From positions 2,105 through 46,639 of the forward strand of contig CAYUVY010000005.1 of NCBI GenBank assembly GCA_964448465.1: a stretch of 44,535 bases of DNA, in the 5' to 3' direction. Under the pieces are notes generated by a model. The model was not told the origin of the DNA, did no database searches, and was given only the letters and a program-made list of their open reading frames with translations. The DNA comes from an uncultured Gammaproteobacteria bacterium (GTDB lineage Bacteria; Patescibacteriota; Microgenomatia; UBA12405). A program made the translations under genes and the position numbers. This document shows, in pieces, positions 28,866 to 36,609 of the stretch. Numbering within the stretch: position 1 is the stretch's first letter; each line of letters begins with the position of its first letter.

Positions 28866-29285
28866 TTAAGCAGGCAACCTTCTTGGTAAAATCGGTCCTG
28901 TATAGCCTCCCTCCTCAAGTGCTTCCATTACATTTAAATCGCGCAACATACGTCTCAAGTATGGCTGAGCTTTGTGCATCTCGGGTTGAACTAAAGACAA
29001 CCTGTCAACCCAATTCAGATATGTACTATAAGGACGAATTAAGTCAGGTAAAACCAGTTCAGCAACTACATTCCATTTTTCACCACACACATCTTCATCA
29101 CTACTTAGTACCTCGGGCAGTAACTCAGCAAGCATAACTCTCAAAGGTTGATCAAATTGGTCCGCAAAAGGGAACCCACGGTTTACAGCATAGAGCCCCC
29201 ATGCTTCTCTTCGAACATCAAAATTGTCAGGATCTTCATTGGTAATAATATCAACAAACCTCTGTTGTTCTTTTTTATTTATCAT
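28866..29285 (-). CDS. Hypothetical acidic protein (orphan, 139 aa), first gene of the csaA-like/argS operon
   Basis: Protein-like composition, tight coupling to the downstream genes, and its own TATAAT 5 nt upstream. I recognise no motif. Confidence 0.5.
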   Translation of the reverse strand: MINKKEQQRFVDIITNEDPDNFDVRREAWGLYAVNRGFPFADQFDQPLRVMLAELLPEVLSSDEDVCGEKWNVVAELVLPDLIRPYSTYLNWVDRLSLVQPEMHKAQPYLRRMLRDLNVMEALEEGGYTGPILPRRLPA

Positions 29286-29290
29286 ATCTA

Positions 29291-29296
29291 ATTATA
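29291..29296 (-). promoter_or_regulatory. -10 hexamer TATAAT, 5 nt upstream of the ATG at 29285
   Basis: The minus strand reads GATATAATtagatATG. Confidence 0.4.
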
Positions 29297-29380
29297 TCAC
29301 TTTCGTTTAAAGTGAAAGACTAGTTCCACCAAACAATATTAAGAAAAGACAGTGTTTATATATATTTTATTATATAAAGT

Positions 29381-30232
29381 GTGTTGACACAGAAATTCCT
29401 ACTGCCAGATGACCCCTATTGCTACTCTGTGATATTATTTCAAAATATGATTATAGATATCGGTTCAGGTCATAAGCCAGATAAGAAAGCAAATATTTTA
29501 CTTGAGTACACAGAGGCTGGAAATGAGCATCGTTGGAATCAGGAATTGAAAATAGATCGTCCTATTGTTTTTTATAATACAAGCAAAATACCATTTAAGG
29601 ATAAAGTCTTTAGTAAAACAATTTGCAAACATGTACTCGAGCACGTAGATGACCCTAAATTATTTTTAAGCGAACTAGAACGAATATCTTTGGGAGGGTA
29701 CATAGAGACCCCTTCAGAAATAGCTGAACTAGTATTTACCCCATATGACCAACACAAATGGGTAATTAATCTTGACTCAGATAAACTATTGATCAAAAAG
29801 AAGACCAACGATAATATCTCTAAGTTAAATAGACTTTTTGATTTTTTGTGTGATAACGAACAAGGTTTTGAAAAAAACTTTTACTGGAAGAGACGGGCCT
29901 TATTCTTTATTGAATACTATTGGAACGACTCTATTCATTTTAAAATAATTTCCAGTTCCAAAAACACCGAACTTGATTTATGGTCAGATAGAGTTTTGAA
30001 AAAGCTTTGTGTATTAAACAAGGTAAATGCTCGACGAAATACCTCTTTTCGTAATATTAAATACCGAACAAATGATATATTCTTGTTTTTAGAGGAGAAT
30101 ATCGAATCTCCTTGTTGCCATGTTAATGTGTCAAATATCAACAACTCCTTTGTATGCAAATCGTGTAACATGTCATTTCCTATACGAGGCAACAAAATAG
30201 ATCTATCTCTTCCCTTAGTAAAACATAAGTAA
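29381..30232 (+). CDS. Class I SAM-dependent methyltransferase with a C-terminal Trm112-like zinc-ribbon
   Basis: Motif I IIDIGSGHKP, then IPFKDKVFSKTICKHVLEHVDDPKLFLSELERISLGGYIETP (Methyltransf_11/23-like). The C-terminus has CCHVNVS...FVCKSCNMSFPIRGNKIDL (CxxC pair). The start is uncertain: GTG 29381, or TTG 29384, which lies 5 nt after TATAAA. Confidence 0.65.
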   Translation: MLTQKFLLPDDPYCYSVILFQNMIIDIGSGHKPDKKANILLEYTEAGNEHRWNQELKIDRPIVFYNTSKIPFKDKVFSKTICKHVLEHVDDPKLFLSELERISLGGYIETPSEIAELVFTPYDQHKWVINLDSDKLLIKKKTNDNISKLNRLFDFLCDNEQGFEKNFYWKRRALFFIEYYWNDSIHFKIISSSKNTELDLWSDRVLKKLCVLNKVNARRNTSFRNIKYRTNDIFLFLEENIESPCCHVNVSNINNSFVCKSCNMSFPIRGNKIDLSLPLVKHK

Positions 30233-30325
30233 ATTTACTTCACATCTTGGTGCAGTGACAACAGCCTAGTGTTATGTGATACGTATTTTTGTATCTGTAA
30301 TTATTTCTTACAAACAAGTAAATAT

Positions 30326-32287
30326 TTAAGCTGGTCCAAACCTAAAACTTTGGCTCGGTTGTGTACCTTTGTTGTTTTCTAGAAATTTTTTCCTGCCAAA
30401 AAAATTACGACTTATCAATGACTGCATGACTGGTTCTATATATTTACATTCGATATCGAAAGGTATTGTTTTAAGAATATTTAAAATATCATTTTCTACA
30501 AGCAAATTTTTATGGAACTTTTCACGTATCTCTTGACCAATATCATTTAAAGATAGATCAGATAAATAAGTCTCTATTAATCGCCTTGAGTTTGTCTGAA
30601 ATAAGCTTAACCATTCTCCAGGTATATTTTCTGGATGTACTATCGCCAACTTGGCATGAGAGAGAGCATGTGCCCACAACACAGAATCATAAACTTCGGG
30701 CTTGTTCTGAGTACTAAACAATTTTATTGTCGGAAGTACACCTAGAGAATTCTCAAGTTCTTCAAATGTCATAATTTCTGCTGGATAGATAAAATCAGGA
30801 ATTTTTCCAAAAAATTCTGATATTGAAAAAACCCAATTTATATATTCATCAATCTGCTCCCGTTTTCTTTCTTTAATACAGATGAAAGTATCAATATCAC
30901 TATAATTTTTACTCCTTCCACGGGCAAGGCTTCCAAAGATAAAGGCAAACCTTAGGTTTGAATTGAATATTCTTGTGACAGTCTCGATAAAGCTATTTGA
31001 TACTAAATCCTGAATGGTTTTGGCCAAGGACTTATTTTTAGATATTAAGCTTGAGTAGCTTTCTGCAGGACGCAATAAGTAATTATAAATTTCTCTAGGC
31101 ACAAGAACAGGCTTACAAATTGTAATACCAGACTTGCAGACGAGTGATGCGCCGTAACTGTAACCACCGTACTCCTCAGTGCCACGCTCTACATCATGTA
31201 TTATTAAATCCTTTAAAACTATAGTGCCCAAAACTTTACTTGTCACAAAGTTGCTAGCACCAAAAACAGAAACATACATTTGCTCTTGTGTGTAGCGGTT
31301 TTCTGGATCATGAAAATATTCAGATAATTCATCATCTGAATCGTATTCGGATACAAGAACTACAGGGCTATACAGCTCCTTATAGTTACGAAAATTTTTG
31401 ATATGAGAGTGGCAAACTGTTGGGAATACAATATTTTTTTTAAAATCCAGTGTACCCCCAAATACTATCTGACCTTTACTATTTTGGACACGGTCTAACA
31501 TCTCGGCCGTTGAGAGTAACGAAGAAGACTCTGCCAAAGGCCCTATCAAGGATCCATCTTTGTAAGAAGGTCCAACCTTGACATTGTATAAACAATTTTT
31601 TAACTCATCAAGAAAAGGACCTATTATATCCTTGTGGACAAGCACCATGTCCGCACCAGCACAGTCTTGTCCGTTATTAAAAGTTTTTAAAAAAGCGACC
31701 TTTTCAGCTGCAAGTGAAATATTTGCGCTTGGCGTTACAACAACAGGGTTGTGGCCAACACCGTTATAGAGGAAAAGTGTCTTTTTGGAAAGCTGGTCTT
31801 TAATTTTAAGAAAGTTATTATATCTACCAGTAAACACAACTACATCACTCGTTTTACATTCGTCTTGGACAAAGGCTTCTCTGTGTATATCTTTAACCAG
31901 TGTATTCGGATATAACTTATCTAAAGAAATAGCTTTTGCCAACTTATTAAGGGTCGTATGTAGTAATTCTGGTGCTCGCACAACAACATACTCGGACTGA
32001 TATGAAGGTATTAGAGCAAACAAAAACAAGGAATAAAAGGGCAGATTCAAAGGTAGAAATGTTGCAACCTTAGAAACTTTTTCGTGTACGAAGTATGTTT
32101 TGTTCTCGTGTAGTGAGTATAGTAGATCAGTTACCCTACTAATTTCATCCTCTGCAACAACCAGACTTTCGATCTCTGTCAGAATTTCAATGAGAACATT
32201 CCGCTGTTTTGATATAGAATCGGCGACGATTTTTGCGTGATTGATTACATAGAGCTGGCGAGATTCATCTTCTTTGGACTTATTCAT
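30326..32287 (-). CDS. Fusion protein: aldehyde-dehydrogenase-like domain plus a Pol-beta-superfamily nucleotidyltransferase domain
   Basis: ALDH-like landmarks in order: FLPLNLPF, VVVFTGRYNNF, LYNGVGHNPVVV (in place of ELGGK), FNNGQDCAGADMVLVH, KELYSPVVLV and EEYGGYSYGAS. Then the NTase core FIFGSLARGRSKNYSDIDTFICI (GSxxRG..DxD) and a ~170-aa helical tail. It is a single open frame of 653 codons. Confidence 0.6.
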   Translation of the reverse strand: MNKSKEDESRQLYVINHAKIVADSISKQRNVLIEILTEIESLVVAEDEISRVTDLLYSLHENKTYFVHEKVSKVATFLPLNLPFYSLFLFALIPSYQSEYVVVRAPELLHTTLNKLAKAISLDKLYPNTLVKDIHREAFVQDECKTSDVVVFTGRYNNFLKIKDQLSKKTLFLYNGVGHNPVVVTPSANISLAAEKVAFLKTFNNGQDCAGADMVLVHKDIIGPFLDELKNCLYNVKVGPSYKDGSLIGPLAESSSLLSTAEMLDRVQNSKGQIVFGGTLDFKKNIVFPTVCHSHIKNFRNYKELYSPVVLVSEYDSDDELSEYFHDPENRYTQEQMYVSVFGASNFVTSKVLGTIVLKDLIIHDVERGTEEYGGYSYGASLVCKSGITICKPVLVPREIYNYLLRPAESYSSLISKNKSLAKTIQDLVSNSFIETVTRIFNSNLRFAFIFGSLARGRSKNYSDIDTFICIKERKREQIDEYINWVFSISEFFGKIPDFIYPAEIMTFEELENSLGVLPTIKLFSTQNKPEVYDSVLWAHALSHAKLAIVHPENIPGEWLSLFQTNSRRLIETYLSDLSLNDIGQEIREKFHKNLLVENDILNILKTIPFDIECKYIEPVMQSLISRNFFGRKKFLENNKGTQPSQSFRFGPA

Positions 32288-32459
32288 ACAACATTTTCAA
32301 GAGAAACTATTATTGATAACTGTTTATTTAATCTATTAGCACTGCTCATAATTAAGTGTGCAAAATTAGGTGCCAATACGACAATATAAAACATAAATTT
32401 TACACCACAATTATACTTAAATTAGGATTTATTGCAAAACAAAGTGACAATCCCCTTTG

Positions 32460-32531
32460 TGACGCTACGGGGAATCGAACCCCGATTAGCAGGATGAGAA
32501 CCTGCTGTCCTAACCGTTAGACGATAGCGCC
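32460..32531 (-). tRNA. tRNA-Glu (anticodon CUC)
   Basis: The reverse complement folds by hand: GGCGCTA TC GTCT AACGGTTA GGAC A GCAGG TTCTCAT CCTGC TAAT CGGGG TTCGATT CCCCG TAGCGTC A. 72 nt. CCA is not encoded. Confidence 0.85.
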
Positions 32532-32571
32532 AAACTTTGCCTATTTTAACAAATTTAGTTAAACTAATTTA

Positions 32572-33678
32572 GTGAAAAAATTACTTTTACTTACATTAGC
32601 CTCAATTCTCGGTTTCTGGCTTCTTTTTTACCTCAATATCCCTAAACATTTTGGCTACCCAAATACATCTCTGTTGACCATTTTTGCCAATTACGACGGA
32701 ACCAACTATTTGGCTATTTCTAAGTGCAATTACGACTTAACTTGTATCCGCACACACTTCTCACTACCGCTACCAGTTGAGTATTATCCAGCTCATTTTC
32801 CTGGGTTCCCGGTTATGATCAAAATTCTAGATCAGTTTACCACCGGCCCCAAGGCCATGCTTTTGGCCAATTTACTGGGAAGCCTTGTCTTGTGTATCTA
32901 CTTTTATAAATTTGCCCAGCAACATGTCAACCAAAAGGTCGCCCTTTGGCTTTCTGTGGTCTTTATTTTTCTGCCAGCTCGTCTCTTTGTTCTACGTCTT
33001 GTGGGAGCTCCAGAAACCTGGTTCATTGCCGCCGTGCTAGCCTCTTTATATCACTTTGAAAAACGCCAGTATTTATTTTCTGCCTTATTTTTGGCCTTAG
33101 CCCAATTTCTGAAAACTCCAGCCATTTTACTTTTTGGCGCTTACTTCCTCTTTCTATTAAAAACTTGCAAAACCAAGAAAATTTTCATGCAAACTTTTTT
33201 ACCCTTTTTACTAGCACCTCTAGTTATTTTAGCCGTCTTTTATTATTACCAACTCCAAACTGGCGACTTTCTTGCCTATTTTCACAGCGGAGACAATCAC
33301 CATCTAAACCTTCGACCTTTTGCTGCCTTTAATAAATCGGATCGTTGGGTAGGCGACTTTTGGCTAGAAGATATTATTTATGTTTACTTTTTGGTGGGGG
33401 CGGGGATGATCGCCTTTATCAAAAACCAAGAACGCCTTTCACCCTCCTCCATTTTCGCCGTACTCTACTTTTTGGCTAATCTTACCCTCAATCACCGCGA
33501 TGTCTCTCGCTATATTTCTCCACTTTATCCTTTAGCGTTAATTGGTTTAAGTCCATATTTAATGAAAAAAGAATTTAAAATCTTATTTGTCTTGCTTCTG
33601 CCTGCCATTCTCTTATACTCCATCAACTTTGTTATTGGCAATACCACTCCCATCGCCGACTGGAGCCCCTATTTTTGA
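32572..33678 (+). CDS. Polytopic membrane protein, PIG-V/GT-C-like mannosyltransferase candidate
   Basis: About 9-10 TM helices. The N-terminal loop NYDGTNYLAISKCNYD...YPAHFPGFPVMIKIL resembles the WDxxxYLxIAxxGY...FPxYP signature of PIG-V-type enzymes. GTG start, 6 nt after TAAACT. Confidence 0.45.
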   Translation: MKKLLLLTLASILGFWLLFYLNIPKHFGYPNTSLLTIFANYDGTNYLAISKCNYDLTCIRTHFSLPLPVEYYPAHFPGFPVMIKILDQFTTGPKAMLLANLLGSLVLCIYFYKFAQQHVNQKVALWLSVVFIFLPARLFVLRLVGAPETWFIAAVLASLYHFEKRQYLFSALFLALAQFLKTPAILLFGAYFLFLLKTCKTKKIFMQTFLPFLLAPLVILAVFYYYQLQTGDFLAYFHSGDNHHLNLRPFAAFNKSDRWVGDFWLEDIIYVYFLVGAGMIAFIKNQERLSPSSIFAVLYFLANLTLNHRDVSRYISPLYPLALIGLSPYLMKKEFKILFVLLLPAILLYSINFVIGNTTPIADWSPYF

Positions 33679-33728
33679 GATATTTTAAATACTCTTGAAA
33701 TAATAAGTACTAGTTGTATACTAACCGT

Positions 33729-34163
33729 ATGACAGAAAAAAGTAGACCTCGCACAGCAATAATTTTTGAAGGAGATCCTCAAAAAATAGAAACCATAAAA
33801 GAAGATCTGAAGCGTTCTAGAATTGAACTTGTAACTAGGCCGGTAACTGTTATCGAGGAGGTTGAGCAAACTATTGATTTAATGAAATTAGGATTTTCAC
33901 CAGATCTGAGTCAAGCTAGGTATAGTCTTGCCATTATTGGAAGAAACTTAAGTTCACCTGGAATATTAAACTCCTTGAGCGATGCTGAACTAGTAACAGA
34001 TCTAGTTCGTCGAACAAATCCTGGTGCACGAATATTGGCTCTCGGTGGTTCACGTTTATTAACAGAACAAGAAACTTATATATTCCCAAGAGTCTCATAT
34101 TTTGAACAACTTCCAGAAGCAAGAGTAGCCATAATCAAGAAAGCACTTTCATACAATAAATAA
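33729..34163 (+). CDS. Hypothetical protein (144 aa)
   Basis: The ATG at 33729 lies 6 nt after TATACT (33717-33722). The ORF track starts at TTG 33714. The sequence has an alternating beta/alpha-like pattern. I recognise no secure motif. Confidence 0.45.
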   Translation: MTEKSRPRTAIIFEGDPQKIETIKEDLKRSRIELVTRPVTVIEEVEQTIDLMKLGFSPDLSQARYSLAIIGRNLSSPGILNSLSDAELVTDLVRRTNPGARILALGGSRLLTEQETYIFPRVSYFEQLPEARVAIIKKALSYNK

Positions 34164-34175
34164 CAGTAAACTTTA

Positions 34176-35063
34176 TTATCGGCGAGTGCTTAATTTGAAC
34201 ATTCCTCCCACTTCTTCCACTACGCCTTTAAGTGACATCATTGACAAAGTAGAGGCCAAATATCCAGCCGACATTCCAGTTTCTTTGCACAACAAATCCA
34301 AAGAAAACGGTTCTCTTTCCAATATTTTAGCCAATTTTAATTCTTGTTCATTTAAACTTTCAAATAAAGTTAGCCGGCCTTCTTCTGATTCTGTACTTGG
34401 CAAATTTAATATATCCTCTGCACATGTGGCAATTTGCGCTCCATTGGACAATAAATAATTGCATCCCTTACTTGTTGGCGAAAAAATCGATCCAGGCACC
34501 GCATACACCTCTCTACCCATTTCCACAGCCAGTCTGGCGGTAATCATACTTCCCGATTTTATCCCTGCCTCCACTACTAACACACCCATAGTAGTTAAAC
34601 CTGCCACAATTCTATTCCTTGCGGGAAAGCTCCACAAAGTCGCTTGAAACTTTGGCTCAAATTCGGATATAACTAGTCCTCCGCTTTCTAAAATTTCTGT
34701 GTACAATTTATCGTTTTCACTGGGATAACACACATCTAGCCCACTACCCAAAACCGCCACTGTTTTGCCACCTAGCTCCAAACATTTCTTGTGCGCCAAG
34801 GTATCTACCCCATACATAAATCCCGATATTATGGTTATTTTGTTACTTACCAATACTGGCATAAATTTATCCACCACCTCTGCCCCATATCTAGTAGACT
34901 TTCTACTTCCCACAATTGCCAAAGATTTATTAAATATATTTTTGTCCCATTCTCCACGATAAAATAACTTTTTTACTGGTTTATTAATCGTGGATAAACT
35001 TTTTGGCCAGCTTTTGTCTAGATCGGCTATGGTTTGAATAGGATAATCACGCCAAGTTTTCAT
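34176..35063 (-). CDS. dprA: DNA-processing protein DprA (Smf)
   Basis: IVGSRKSTRYG, ITIISGFMYGVDTLAHKKCLELGGKTVAVLGSGLDVCYPSEN, VISEF and RNRIVAGL, plus a C-terminal winged-helix segment. Confidence 0.88.
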   Translation of the reverse strand: MKTWRDYPIQTIADLDKSWPKSLSTINKPVKKLFYRGEWDKNIFNKSLAIVGSRKSTRYGAEVVDKFMPVLVSNKITIISGFMYGVDTLAHKKCLELGGKTVAVLGSGLDVCYPSENDKLYTEILESGGLVISEFEPKFQATLWSFPARNRIVAGLTTMGVLVVEAGIKSGSMITARLAVEMGREVYAVPGSIFSPTSKGCNYLLSNGAQIATCAEDILNLPSTESEEGRLTLFESLNEQELKLAKILEREPFSLDLLCKETGMSAGYLASTLSMMSLKGVVEEVGGMFKLSTRR

Positions 35064-35448
35064 AGTGAGTAATTCTGCTAATCGAGTGATCTGGGTTTAA
35101 AACCACACACACCGCCTCAATATTATGTTTTCTATAACGTGTGTATTCTGGTTTTAGTACCAAAAATGCCTGCGCTATTCTTTTTACTCTAGCAATCTTG
35201 CTTTTGTTAATCATTTCTTCGGGAAGTCCAAATCTATCCCCAATTTTCAACTTCACCTCCACAAACACCAACACTCCTGATCCACTAGTAAACTGATCTA
35301 CTGATTTACTTGGTGCTGCCATAATAATATCTATCTCCCCTAAGTAATTTTTATGATTACTTTCAATCCACAAATATCCCTTTTGCTCCAAATACTTCCT
35401 GGCAATCTCTTCTCCCTCTCTACCTTTGGTAAAGTTAAACTGTTTCAC
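35047..35448 (-). CDS. yraN: YraN-family (UPF0102) endonuclease-like protein
   Basis: GREGEEIARKYLEQKGY, GEIDIIM and VFVEVK (PD-(D/E)xK-like). The GTG at 35448 lies 7 nt after TATAGT. The ORF-track start at 35490 would overlap the divergent gene. The 3' end overlaps dprA by 17 nt. Confidence 0.72.
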   Translation of the reverse strand: MKQFNFTKGREGEEIARKYLEQKGYLWIESNHKNYLGEIDIIMAAPSKSVDQFTSGSGVLVFVEVKLKIGDRFGLPEEMINKSKIARVKRIAQAFLVLKPEYTRYRKHNIEAVCVVLNPDHSISRITHYENLA

Positions 35449-35465
35449 TATAATTACTATACAAC

Positions 35466-36158
35466 ATGAAAAATATTTTGCTTTTTCCAATAAATATATT
35501 TCTGGAATTTTGTACGAATATCAAAAATTACCTAAAATATTTTGCAAAACTAACGCCTCCAATTGCATGGAAGCAGGGAGATAAGTCAATCTTACTGATC
35601 CAAGGACTAAATGAAAAATATACCTACATGTCCAAAATTGCCAATGTTTTAAATAAGCAGGGTTATCAAATTCATTTTTTACCCTTAAATACCCATCTAC
35701 TTATAAAAGATATTAGTCTGCATGTTGCTAAATACATACAGACAAACAATCTAAAGAATTTTTCTATAATTTCCCATTCCAAAGGCGGCCTAGTAGCCAA
35801 ATATCTTGTTGATAACTATCCAAAAATAAGCAATGAAGTTCAAAAAATTATTACTATTGCTACACCATGGTCCGGAATGATTTTTGGCATCTTACCCTTT
35901 TGGGGTTTACCAGAAATTAGATATAAGTCGGAATCCCTAAAAAGGCTATGTGAGCCAAATACAAAAAATATTTTTAATCTATATCCTATTTACGACAATC
36001 GAGTTATTCCCCAAAGTTCTCTCATCTTACCTTGCGCCAAAAATATACAAATTAATACAGTCGGTCACAATCGTATATTGGATTCTAATGAAACTATCCA
36101 TACTATTCTTTCTATTCTTAGCAAGCCTAATTTCTCAATATCAAATTCGTCAAAGTAA
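35466..36158 (+). CDS. Alpha/beta hydrolase (lipase/PGAP1-like)
   Basis: Nucleophile elbow IISHSKGGLVAKY (GxSxG-like), preceded by ILLIQGLNE. A His near the C-terminus (TVGHNRILD). Confidence 0.55.
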   Translation: MKNILLFPINIFLEFCTNIKNYLKYFAKLTPPIAWKQGDKSILLIQGLNEKYTYMSKIANVLNKQGYQIHFLPLNTHLLIKDISLHVAKYIQTNNLKNFSIISHSKGGLVAKYLVDNYPKISNEVQKIITIATPWSGMIFGILPFWGLPEIRYKSESLKRLCEPNTKNIFNLYPIYDNRVIPQSSLILPCAKNIQINTVGHNRILDSNETIHTILSILSKPNFSISNSSK

Positions 36159-36606
36159 CTCTGCTTAACCCCGTTAGCTGGTCAGTATCTGTAATATGTG
36201 GACGATAAGGAAATAAAAATCTATAAGCAGGCTTTGATAATAATTCATCTCTCGAAACCCCCGCACTTTCGCAAGTCATAATTAAGTCGTCAACCAGTCT
36301 GTTTCTTGCTTGAATAACACTTGGTTCTAAGATAACCCTTCTAACCAGTAGCGGTTTTCCAGGCTCACCAAAATCTTCAACTTCTCCAAGTTCTACTGTT
36401 TCAAGTTTAATTTCTTTAATACAGTCGGAAGCTCTTGCAAACAACTTATTAAGGACACGAACACCATTGCTTAGTTCTGAGTCGCGAGATAACATTGTGG
36501 CCAAACTTGTTCTTTTACCATAAAATAAAAAGGTCAGATGTGCGTTATTTCCTTCGACCACGTCAGCGGCAATATATGTTGGTTTCTCGCTTGCGATTGG
36601 TATCAT
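36127..36606 (-). CDS. 2H-phosphoesterase-superfamily protein (LigT/cyclic phosphodiesterase-like)
   Basis: Two HxT/S motifs at the expected spacing: NNAHLTFLFYG (residue ~23) and YRPHITDTD (residue ~137). 159 aa. It starts 3 nt after the comM stop. Confidence 0.55.
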   Translation of the reverse strand: MIPIASEKPTYIAADVVEGNNAHLTFLFYGKRTSLATMLSRDSELSNGVRVLNKLFARASDCIKEIKLETVELGEVEDFGEPGKPLLVRRVILEPSVIQARNRLVDDLIMTCESAGVSRDELLSKPAYRFLFPYRPHITDTDQLTGLSRVTLTNLILRN

Positions 36607-36609
36607 AAA

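Noticed and set aside
30326-31000. A HEPN domain or partner (Rx4-6H) that would make the NTase part a classical MNT-HEPN toxin-antitoxin module.
   Set aside because: No Rx4-6H motif is visible in the C-terminal tail or in neighbouring ORFs. The NTase is fused to a 400-aa ALDH-like domain instead.
29286-32459. A direct repeat of the tRNA-Glu 3' half that would mark an integrated element (attL/attR).
   Set aside because: By eye there is no copy of GACGCTACGGGGAATCGAACC, or a recognisable part of it, in 29286-29380 or 30233-30325. The island idea is kept only as a weak hypothesis in the findings.
33729-34163. A CheY-like receiver (pseudo-receiver) fold for the 144-aa protein.
   Set aside because: An alternating beta/alpha pattern and an acidic FEGD after the first strand are suggestive. 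But the phospho-acceptor position reads IIGRNL, and I cannot support the fold without a profile search.
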